Assembly (NCBI GenBank): GCA_963924565.1
Contig: OZ004611.1
Location: 22,692,001-22,756,000 of the forward strand
Direction of reading: 5' to 3'
Length of the DNA stretch: 64,000 nucleotides
From: Ascidiella aspersa
Taxonomy: Eukaryota
Shown: positions 1 to 10,160 of the stretch, piece after piece
How positions within the stretch are numbered: position 1 is the first letter of the stretch
Layout of the letters: each line of letters opens with the position of its first letter
Position numbers and translations under genes: made by a program
The notes under the pieces: generated by a model
Seen by the model: the letters and a program-made list of their open reading frames with translations, nothing else
The model's database searches: none
Told to the model about the DNA's origin: nothing

Positions 1-510
1 GTGACTGTTTAACGAAAAGAAAAGTAATGAGACTCTGCTATAAGGATCCACGTCATAAGTACTGTGGATTTACCGTTTCAAAAAGGAAACGTTTTTTTCA
101 AACCTCTGCTATGGTCTTTATTCCCGGCGATCGTACCAACATATTGCATACAATATTTTAGAAATTTACAAGATTAACAGAGCAAACTCAAGATACAGGC
201 TGAACTTCACAGGAACAAACTCTCCCAAAAGGCTTACTGCTAGACAAGATATATATAAACATTATTTTTTTGATTGAATAATTTTGAGAAAAGTTTGCAA
301 GAAAAGCAACAACATTCAACCCAATTTGCGCTAAAATAGAACAGCTATTTATATAGAAAGACACCAAAGCGCAAAAATTAAACAACGAAAAAGCATTACC
401 AAAATCTCCTCTTATCAAAAGATACCATGCGTAAACTCGTTTCAAACTATAACAGGAGAGTTCACATTTCACACAGCTATCCAGTCCTCAAACCACCTAA
501 CAGCAGGCCA

Positions 511-660
511 GGTATGCGGAATCGGACTTGAATGACACCCCTGCAAGTGGATTGTCGAATATCCACGGTATTTACTTACGTAAACCAGAGGAATACAGAC
601 GGTAGAGTCAGAGCCGGACTCGGGACTCGACGAAATCGCACATTTGGCCGGAGTCTGACA
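511..660. mobile_element. Fragment of GGAGTCGG/GACTCGG-repeat non-autonomous DNA transposon family
   Basis: Shares gacacccc...gtggattg..gaatatccac...aatacag...tagagtc...ccggactc...gactcgacgaaatcgcacattt with copies at ~37130-37365 and 38849-39679. Boundaries are approximate. Confidence 0.65.
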
Positions 661-1207
661 CGTGTGTTTGTCAACCCAGGACCGACACCTAACCAGCAAA
701 AATAGCAGAATTTGCAATCGACCCAGGTCAGTTTCGGAAAACGTGATATAGCGTCCTGAATGTGGCCTACATTGGAGCAAAAGCAAAGACGGATAAGGTA
801 TACCGTTCAGCAAATTCTTATAGGCACAACTTTTGTTTAGGGAGCCCCCCAAGGTTCCAGTGTGGAAAACAAAAAGGTATTAATTATTTCAAGGTTCACC
901 GAAAGCCTTCGACAGACTTGGCGAACCAGTCAATCAATGATGCAAGCAAGGAAGGACAGAAAAACAACTAGTCGTCGACACTTTAATGCGTGACTCAAAA
1001 ATCTGATAAGCGTAGGTCGCAAAGTTCGTCTTACCAGGAAAACTTAGCGCGAAAATAGAGCATATACTTATCTAATATCGTTAAGCGAGCACTGGTCTAA
1101 CAGTTGAACTGCTTGTCTCGGCTTATGTATCATTTCTGTGCGACGAAGAAAGCTGAAATAACGCGGTAAAACTAACATAGGCAAAAACGCTTTGTTTTCT
1201 ATTAGAT

Positions 1208-4200
1208 TCAGGCAAGAGGCATCGTGCTGTCACGGCTGATAGGGGCTCCCGTGCGACTGCTGTTAGATCCAGGACTTTGCTTCGTTCCTCTTCTGACCCG
1301 ACTTCTTCGACAAGTGATGAAGACGCCGCATGCGACGCCCAGCATTATGACAGCCACAACCAGCACAACGCCGACCGCTATCAGAATGGTGGTGTCCCGC
1401 TTTTCTGAAACAAAAGAGATGTCATCATTTTTTTTTTTTTTTTTGGGATGAGAGATGTCATCATACCGCTGATACGCGCGTGCGTTATAGGCGTACGCTT
1501 CACGTGGCCACAGTTTAACAAGAACTCTCCCCAAATTCGCTCCGAAAGGTTAGACTTAACTTTGGAGTTGATCAAAAACAACTTTTGGAGTTGATCAAAA
1601 ACAAAATTCCGCATATAATATGGTAGGTCGGAATAGAATTATAAGGCACGTAAAGAGACTTTAGAAGTATCTACAGGACTAACTTTTTCCCCCTAAATGT
1701 CTTAGTTTACGATTAAGCTGTAGAAACTATAATAGGCCTATTCTTAGTATTTTCGATGCTTTTGTAGAAAATTACAAATGTAGGGTTTGCGGCCCCGTAG
1801 ATACAAACGGTGCCCGAACGCAAAACCATACTATAACACTTTTAGCAATACCCGAAAGTTACTGTCGTGGTTACAAGTCTGGCATTGAATAAAATACAAT
1901 TTAAAAACGTGCTGGTATTCTTATTTAAAGCAATTTGCTATTGCTGGCCAAAGCTAAATTTTTAAACAATGTCAATATTTCGAGTTGGCCAACTGGTCTA
2001 GTAAACACGTTTGTTGAATGTTTGGGTATTTTAAACCACAAGATTATTCTGCCATAGTTAGCATATAACTTACTGAATGAATATAATGTTGCTGCGTCAG
2101 GCATTATTTCAATTGTACAATTATTTTTCCGGCAAAATTTTATGAAACAGCAACGTTTCGACCACCTATTCGGGTAATCTTCTTATTGCCCTGAAAGAAA
2201 ATTGCCAGAATACGTGGTCGAAACGTTTGGATTTTACCAAAATTTTGCCGGAAGAACAATTGTACAATTGATTTAACTTACTGTTTTTTTTAATGATTTC
2301 TTGGTTCTTCTTCAAGTCGTCGCCGTCAACGTCAAAATATTGTAGGTCGTTCGTGTTTTCTCCTTGTCGTAGAAAACTGTCCCAGTCTTCGACGATCGAA
2401 GGGTCGACCACCCGAATGACGCCCGAGCTTATTAAGGTGCTGTCCTCTTCCGATTCAGGCTTGTTTACTACTTCCACGCTCCTACAAATGCAGCATGGAT
2501 TTTTTTTATTAGTGAGGTTCGATGGTAGCTAATAATGTTGAGAGACTAGCCGGCGTTTCGCAATCAAGTGACGACCTTTTTGATTTCAGTGCTATCAAAC
2601 AGTAGTTCTTAACAGCCTGTCTGCGATAATTTTTTTTTTGCCGTTTTATATTAACCATATCAACGTCAAATGCGTAAATGCGTAATTTTTCGCGTTTCGC
2701 ATGTTAAACCTTTTTTCAGAAGAGTCTGCTGGACACAAAACACGAATTTTTAGTTACCGGTCCGCAAATGTAAAAAGGTATGGAACCACTGATCTAAAAG
2801 TCGATTCTAAATTTCGTAATCAATTTACACAATCCTATTCTAATATAGTAAAGATGATAAAACCTTTGTTTTCGTTGTTTTTAAAAATCCGTTTGCATTT
2901 CAGGCTATAGGTGTTTATTGCGGTTGTACTTATTTTACTCCAGGTCAAATATTTTTTTAATTTTTACATACCTCAACTGAACTATAGCAGTTTTAGATTA
3001 CCACATGCTATTGTCAATTGTCATACTGTTTGAAAATGTTTAAATGTTAAAATTGTTGAGAAAACAATTAACTACAGAACCTCTTTTTTCGCTCTCCTTC
3101 ACAGGAGCAGGTCTCCGGGAATGCTGTCCTGTTGCACACGCTCACCCGACAGTGCACGAAAATGGCGTCCATGTTTTGTCTCCACTTGAACATGCGAAAG
3201 CAGAACTGCGCAGCACTCGCGTTGCCATTGGCGACGATAAACGTGCCGGGATCTGAAACGCACCTACACAAAGAATTTTGTAAATAATTTATGACAAAAG
3301 GGCGCACCTTTGATAAGCTATTTTTTCTATATGCCACGATTTAACTTTTATGCTTGTCTTTCAGCCAAAAGTATTTTGTTTGATCAGTTTGTCTACTTGA
3401 TACTGTAATATATATACAAATGATACTGTAATGTATATACAAAACACAAATGATGTACGAAGCATACAGTTGTTTTAAGTGCAGTATTAATGTAATACAT
3501 CCACAACGTAATTGTTTGATGTCATCCAATTTCTTTTGAATAGATCAATTGAAAATGTTTTACATTAACGTTCGGTTCATTAGCATGTCATAGGTCCAAA
3601 TATACAGCAAATAATTTGTTCAATCTACCCACTTGTTGGCAAGAAGGTTGTGTATGACTCCCTCCCCGCTTTTATTGGACGAAGCCCAGCAGTTTAACAT
3701 AGTCAGCACTAAATCTTTCGGCATTACGTTGATTAGGTTTTGTTCTGGCAAAAAAGCATATGGAGTTAATCAAACTATTGCAAAACAGGAATAGCCTGCT
3801 CAACTTTTAAAATCATTTTGTTAATACTATACAACTATAGTGTCAATGCTTTAAATATGAAGGTCAATAACTCGAGTAGGAATTGAACAAACTAAAGTTT
3901 GCTTTAATTTCAAAGACTTGGTTCGAGTTTTAAACAACAAATTACTTTAGGGTACTCTACTTGATTATCCGTGTAAGTCTAACAAATTAATTGTTTCCAA
4001 GAATTACTTTTAGCTATACGTGCGCCAACAACTCAACAAAAGAAAGCAAAAAGCAACGACGACTTAACGCTATCCATGATAGCGGCTATAAGATGTTAAA
4101 TCGAAGTGTAAATATGACCATAAGCATATAACATCTCCAGGACAGTTAGTTTAGTTTAAAATATGAACGACTTACGAACGCAGACTTCCTGGTCAATAGC

Positions 4201-7200
4201 GACAACAGGCCTGGCGTTGAACTTGGTAAAACCGTTAAATGTGCGGTTCTTGTGCAAATCCATCTGAACTGTGAAACGCCCGTAGCTGGTATCAAAGTCG
4301 ACAGTCCTGTGTTAAAAGCAATAGGGTTCAAACATTTTTTAGAATGGAAAATGCCGTCGAGCTTTTAAGAACATCAAAGGCGACGTAATTATGTGGTCAT
4401 AATGCAAACCAAACTAGAAAATATTGCGAAAACTTGAGATGGAAAATATCTGTCTGCTTTTAGGAACAGTATACACCAGGGATGTCCAACATTTTATTAT
4501 AGTGGGCCGCATTGCCATTTGAAATAATTTAATGGGCCGCAGAACCTATTAAGTATCAAGATTAAGTATTGGCCTTTAGAGTTATAACGGGAGTTATATA
4601 TATATATTTACCCATACTATACTATTAGTGCGCCCCTAAAAGCTGACTGGTACATTTTAATTAGGCTAATATTGAACGTTTAAAATACTTGGGAATAAAA
4701 ATGACTAGCGGGCCGCACAAAAATTTCAGGCGGGCCGCAATGTGGCCCGCGGGCCGCAGGTTGGACATCCCTGGTATACACTATACATGATTGTGTTATC
4801 ATATTGCAAGTCATAACGTGCCACAGTTGTGTAAAAGAAATCCAAGCGAGGTTAGAAAACCGTTGACGAGTGATTAGAGCAAGTTTGACTTCCATGAACA
4901 AAGAAAAACAAAACAATTTCCGCTTATAGATTAGTAATAATTAAAAGTAAATGCTCGGATCAAAACTGTATGATTTAAAAAAAAACGATAACAAATCAAA
5001 ACAGTTCATCTTCAGAGCAGACATACGTCACAGTGGGAATGACGGGCCCGGCCATCACCGAATATCGATCGGTGTAGTTGCATCGGAAGTCCACCAACAC
5101 TAGGGGGCGCTCAACGACGTTGTCGACCTTGTTCCAAACTATCTGTTGGCTGAAGAGGAAGCTACCGTGATCGCGCTGTGAAAGTATAACGTGTTTAGAG
5201 ATGAATGAAAGGCACACACACACATGTATGTGTATTAAGTATGTTTGTTTCTCGACTCGCTCCTCTCTGAACCTTAATAGCTCAGTTGGTAGAGCGACGG
5301 TGTGAGTAATAATTTTGGTAATTTACTGCCCCCAAAAACGGTGCTACCCAGGAAAAAAAACTGGCAGGGTGCTACTCTTAAGGGATCCGGTTAAAGAGGT
5401 AAGTATGTCCGTCTTTAATTTTTTAACCTGTTTAAACCAAAACGAACACGACCCCTTTGCTCACTTTAAGGTGCATGTCGCAGTCCACAAACGGCGCGTC
5501 GACCTTTAGGTGATATTGACCGTTCCGCATCACCGCTCGACACCCGGGGGCGCCATTGAAGTGGATATAGCGCGTGTCTCTAGGCAACCGCTGCTCCGTC
5601 ACCACCCTTTGGTCGATGAGGATTTCTATGGTTTTGTTTCCGCACTTGATGTCGGGAAAGGCTAGTTGCAAAATGTTAGTGTGTCAGTTGCAATCCGTCT
5701 AAAACTATAGGCCAGGAGTTCTTGAACTTTTTTTACCGCGGACCCTTAATTTTTTTTCTGTTAGCGTGAACCACGGTAGCCAAGAAAGGCACCAAAATTG
5801 ACGTCACAATACAAACAGAACAGGCTTTACTTTCTCTCCCGTTCTCGTATTAAAGTCGATCAGCACCCTTATTTATTTGTAGGCCTATTTGTTTTTATTT
5901 TCAAAAAAGCGTTTTTTTTATAGAATAAATTTAATCAAGCTTTTTCCGCTGGTAAGCGCAAATCAAGCCACCAAGGCAACGACTTTAACAGGGTTGGTAA
6001 TAGTTTTTTCTTTATATCAGTCAAAAACGACAATTTTTTTAAAGTTTTGCTATGTTGCAGAATACCCGGGATTAAAAAAAATTCCCGGGATTCGGGATTG
6101 TTAATTCGTGGGAAATCCCGGGAATTTCCCGTCGAAACATTCCCGGAGAGAAACCGTATTTAGGACACCACGGTAACCAAGAAATTTTAAAAAAGGAAAT
6201 TTTAAAAAAGGCACCAAAATTGGCGTCACAATACAAACAGAACAGGCTTCATAAATGTGATGATTTAGGTCCAAAAAAACATGAAAAATGGAGTCTAAAT
6301 ACAGTCACTACAAAACCGTTTTACTTTTAAATTAGGTCTCATGGACGTCCTAAATCTAGTTCACAGACCCCCAAGGGGTCCATGGACCCCAGTTCAAGAA
6401 CCCCTGCTATAGCACAAAGTCGCGTCATCCTAAGTGCCGTAATCTATCAACGTTTTTTTTTCATATTTCCACGACTTGTATTTTCTGTTGATTCGCGATA
6501 TAAATCTTTGTACATTTACAGGCAACATGTAATGATATACATTTCTTTCTAGTAAAACCATTTTGCCAATTGACTTTTTTTCCACGGTATAATTTTGCCC
6601 TTAAATTATATTAATATCAGGCCTTTTTAGGTTTGCATAATAGACTCCGACAAAAAACTTGGAAATAGATACATAGGTTTTCTTAATATTTTTATTAAAA
6701 ATATCAAAGCGAAATATGTTAATATTTTTAGGCCAAAATGATTTTTTTTGTTTGTTTTATAATACAAGTTTTATAATAAAGCAAAGTGCAAACCTATAGG
6801 CCTATCTAGATTTTGCTCGCTAAAATTTTAAACTATACTGCTTTAGGACATGAAAGGGTCTGAATGCTACTTTATTTCACTACGAGTTACAGTTTTATAC
6901 GTTTTGTAACATTTGTCGTCTAAAAGTTGGAAATACAACACAAGTGCTGGCAAAAACTCACGAAGGTCGCAGTGAATTCCCGCGAGAGATTCGGGACATA
7001 TGCAAGTGTAGCCTCTTGCCCAAGACGAACTCACAATGCATTCGCCCCCATTTAAACACGGATTCGGTTTGCACGGCGTCACACCTGGAAAACATAAAAA
7101 GGCACCGAATTAACGTTGACGCACAAAAAACGGATAAAAATTCGGCCTATAGTTTCGTTTTTAATTTCTATTTTATGCTTTTTATATACCAGTGAATTGT

Positions 7201-7466
7201 TTCTATATATATGTGATGAAGTGTTTTGGTACAAGTATGAAAATAAGCCAAAATATAAATATATAAGAACGTCCGAAAATTGTATGTATTGTCACTTTCA
7301 CAAGTTCATCAGCAAATTACTGCTGTTTGTAAATAACTACATTTAAAATAAAACGCTAATTTTACATATCTTTTTAAAGCAAATGTTGTTAAACTAATCT
7401 CATTTTCTGTTGAACTTTATTGTTATTTTTATAGAACAATAATAGTTTTTACAAGTAATAATACAC

Positions 7467-7497
<31 letters not shown>

Positions 7498-7621
7498 CTT
7501 GGGAATACAAGATACAATACAAAGGCGTGCTACTAAAAGCGATATACGTACTCTGCCCAAACACTTGAACTTGGAAAGTAAATAAATACAAAAAGCAGAG
7601 AAACTGACGAACGCCAGACAT
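1208..7621 (-). CDS. Signal peptide + single EGF + ZP-domain single-pass membrane protein (~453 aa, 9 coding exons)
   Basis: Exons in transcript order: 7621-7552 (MSGVRQFLCFLYLFTFQVQVFGQ, signal peptide), 7084-6962 (EGF: CKPNPCLNGGEC...YTCICPESLAGIHC), 5661-5465, 5175-5027 (ZP-N, 4 Cys), 4306-4176, 3744-3633 (LNCWAS), 3263-3081 (FRMFKW..IFVHCRVSVC; RKKR furin site), 2481-2282, 1404-1208 (TM ILIAVGVVLVVAVIMLGVACGVFI plus basic tail). All junctions are GT-AG, phases are compatible, and the total is 1362 nt. Confidence 0.88.
1415..1464 (-). mobile_element. Extremely 5'-truncated poly(A) retro-insertion with 14-bp TSD
   Basis: agagatgtcatcat (1415-1428) + T16 + gggatg + agagatgtcatcat (1451-1464). 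Confidence 0.6.
2109..2271. repeat. ~160-bp imperfect palindrome, probable inverted Penelope-like element (PLE) remnant with degenerate hammerhead motifs
   Basis: The left arm caattgtacaatt...ccggcaaaattt...cgtttcgaccac is the reverse complement of the right arm gtggtcgaaacg...aaattttgccgg...aattgtacaattg. One arm recurs at 9283-9372. Confidence 0.6.
4477..4773. mobile_element. hAT (Buster-type) MITE, 297 bp
   Basis: TIR cagggatgtccaac / gttggacatccctg; perfect 8-bp TSD gtatacac (4469-4476, 4774-4781); subterminal gggccgc repeats. Confidence 0.92.
5272..5399 (+). pseudogene. tRNA(Tyr)-like derived fragment / possible SINE head
   Basis: tagctcagttggtagagcg (5278-5296) is a canonical D-arm/A-box. 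atccggttaaagagg near 5385-5399 loosely resembles a tRNA 3' end. There is no anticodon arm and no GTTCRA B-box. Confidence 0.35.
5713..6406. mobile_element. hAT MITE (ggacccc family) with internal duplication and nested cccggga-repeat fragment
   Basis: TIR caggagttcttgaact / agttcaagaacccctg; degenerate TSD ctataggc/ctatagca. The segment ccacggt...ggcaccaaaattg.cgtcacaatacaaacagaacaggctt occurs twice (~5771 and ~6168). A related copy lies at ~55008-55270. Confidence 0.75.
7471..7497. repeat. (TA)n microsatellite
   Basis: Uninterrupted tata run in intron 1 of the ZP gene. Confidence 0.9.
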
Positions 7622-7728
7622 TTCTTAATATAAATATTGCACTTCTTTCATTTAGAAATTAGAGATGCCTAACCCAGTGATTGCGAATCCTGAAAAATAT
7701 AAAGCAAAAACTTGTTACATATATCTAA

Positions 7729-7858
7729 ATTTGTGTGAAAGTTGCCTATAACATTTAATTTTACTTTGCAATATTGACATTTGCTATCCTCAGATTTGTG
7801 TGAAAGTATCCTGTAACATTTTATTTTACGTTACAATATTAACATTTCGCTATCCTCT
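7729..7858. repeat. Two-copy ~65-bp tandem duplication
   Basis: tttgtgtgaaagt...taacattt...caatatt.acattt.gctatcctc occurs twice. Confidence 0.75.
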
Positions 7859-9330
7859 GTTGCAACGCAGCTTCTGAAATCTGGCGCTTAGCCCTGGCTG
7901 TGTCTGAAATCGCAGGCATAAGAAAAACATTGGCCTTTATAGCGTTTACAATTTTACAACCCTCATGGTCGTTGCCGTGAACTTAATCGCCTGGCATTTT
8001 TAAGGTCGCTTTGACAGCCGCCACCCGTTCGTTCGTATAGCCCCGGGACAAATTTGAAGGCTATTGCTCTCGTTTAGCGTGGCGCAACAGTTAACCTTGA
8101 AATTTAATATCGCCGAATAGCGCGTTCTAACCTCGTCGTAACAATTATACGGAAATCAAATGGCGCACCGCTTTTAATCGTTTCACATAGCGCCAAACGT
8201 TCATCTTTCTAAGCAGGCGTAATCAAGCAAAGGATTTTGTACAACTGTTTTGCTGCCTGAGGTAGCCGGGCTAGGTTCAAGTTTTTGACACTTCTCTAGA
8301 GTTGATCAAATATTAAAAATCACGTATTGTTGCGATACGAATACAATACTGAGTGAAAAACCGTTTTCAAAATATCCAAGTCTAGCCGTTATTTTAGGCC
8401 TAAAAGCTGGCTGTCTACTCATTTATACACAGTGCTAAATAAACAATTTATATTTAACATGAGGTCATGAATCTGATTAAAGGAACTCTGCCGTAAAATC
8501 AAACGCATCCGCGGTCACCACAAGACCACTCACCAAATCGGCAAGAAACGCGCAATCTATCCGAAATGAAAGCTTGCGACTATGAGTATCTTCTAATCTT
8601 GTGCAATATGGTATATATCCACTCATTATCCTGGCTATTCCCTGTATGCCGATCGTACACAATACATTCCGTGCCTTACTTTACACAACGTCGACTGTAA
8701 TTATAAGGGCAAATTATGTGGTGCGCGTTGCGCGTTGCGCCTTGTTCCTCATTACCGCGGAATCCTCAACCAGCACAACCGGTTTCAAGCTAGTCTACCG
8801 CAGGCGGCGCCCAAGAGCATAACTAATTGCCTTGTCTTTTGTAAGACGCGGTGTGCGCAGTTTTGGGTTGCTTGTTTTTCGTAACGTGCTTTTCACTAAT
8901 ACCAAAACAGCGTAACAACCATTGTAGATTAACAGACTGTAATAAAAAATTACATAATTTCCGTTTTTTTTACATTTAGTTCGACGTGCAGAGGTTTATT
9001 GAAATCAAACGGCCAACAACTGGCAATGTCTGAAGCCCGCAGCCAAATACAAACTTCCAATTTACTGCGTTGCAAGTAAAAAACACGCCATTTTAGTATC
9101 TTATCTATAAATTTTCTGCTCGACACTATTACTAATGTTCGTGACAGGGTTTTCTTGTAATTTTTTAGCAGGTGTGAACAAACTCTTTCACCAATCCTTT
9201 TATTTGCTGATGACGATTGCATAACGTTGAGACTTCTGAAATAAAATAGACAAACAAAAAACAATAACGAAGCGAAACGTACAAATCAATTATTGTAAAA
9301 TTGTTCTTCCGGCAAAATATTATTAAAGTA

Positions 9331-9370
9331 CCAATGTTTCGACCACCTATTCGGGCAATCTTCTTCAGGG
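9331..9370 (-). ncRNA. Minimal type-I hammerhead-ribozyme-like motif (PLE type, probably degenerate)
   Basis: The minus strand reads CC-CUGAAGA-A-GAUUGCC-cgaaua-GGUGGUC-GAAA-CAUU-GG: catalytic core, 7-bp stem II with G.U pairs, and GAAA. The stem-III palindrome ACGU is ACAU here but intact in the 2109-2271 copies. Confidence 0.45.
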
Positions 9371-9937
9371 AAACATTATTGCAACTATTGGCGAATATAT
9401 ATACCAGGCAAACAATAAAGGGAAAAAATACAATGGAGCATTCATTGAAACATACAAATGTTACAATGATTTCACCCTTCATTGCATTAGTAACATACGG
9501 TCCAAAAGCTAAAAGCATAAACTCCTGCTGCTCAGCCAAAAAAGTGTGGAAATAATAATAGTTTTATGTGATGGCCTGCCTCGTTGCACTATGGTTACTG
9601 GTGTCCAACTTTGAGCTCTAAATGAAACACTTTTGTTGATGCCCAGTTTTAAGGTTAGACAAAATCAAGCCATAAAGATAATCCGACTTTTGTGAATAAA
9701 AACTATTTTGTTACGGAAAAGGAAGATTCTAATTTATGTACACAAGACAATTTACTGATGTTTACCCTGGTTCATAACGTTTGCTGGAAAACAGTATGTC
9801 AGTGTGTCGAACGTTCGGGCTTTTATATTATAGCATAAAGGGTTACTTTAAAAAAAAATCTCTTCTAAAATAGACTGATCAGGGGCTGCAATTCAGCAAT
9901 GGTTCGGAGGGCTGGTACAAAGTTGATCTAGGCTAGG

Positions 9938-10160
9938 CCAATAACCGACAGGTCATTGCCCCCAAATTCGCCCGTCTGTCATCAGGGCGAGTCACCGTCC
10001 CGAACTTTCTCATAAGCGCGGGCCAGCGCGCCAAAAACATTAGTCTTTGTATGCTTGTAACTTGTATTGCGACCGCTTGGACAAATAACAACTCATCTGT
10101 TTGCCGTACCTAAGCCTCCAGAATGCGGCAAACATCGCTTCCAAACCTCGCTATATAAGC
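9938..10160 (+). promoter_or_regulatory. Candidate ABCB11 promoter: CCAAT + IR1 nuclear-receptor element + TATA
   Basis: CCAAT at 9938-9942, AGGTCA-T-TGCCCC at 9950-9962, TATATAA at 10152-10158, possible donor AG|GTGAAG at 10227 and acceptor tttcAG at 15446 before the ATG exon. The assignment is inference. Confidence 0.35.

Noticed and set aside
5272-5345. Functional tRNA gene
   Set aside because: No anticodon stem-loop or T-arm.
9967-9990. CTGATGA on the minus strand as another hammerhead
   Set aside because: It is followed by GAAT rather than GAAA and forms only a simple cgccc/gggcg hairpin.
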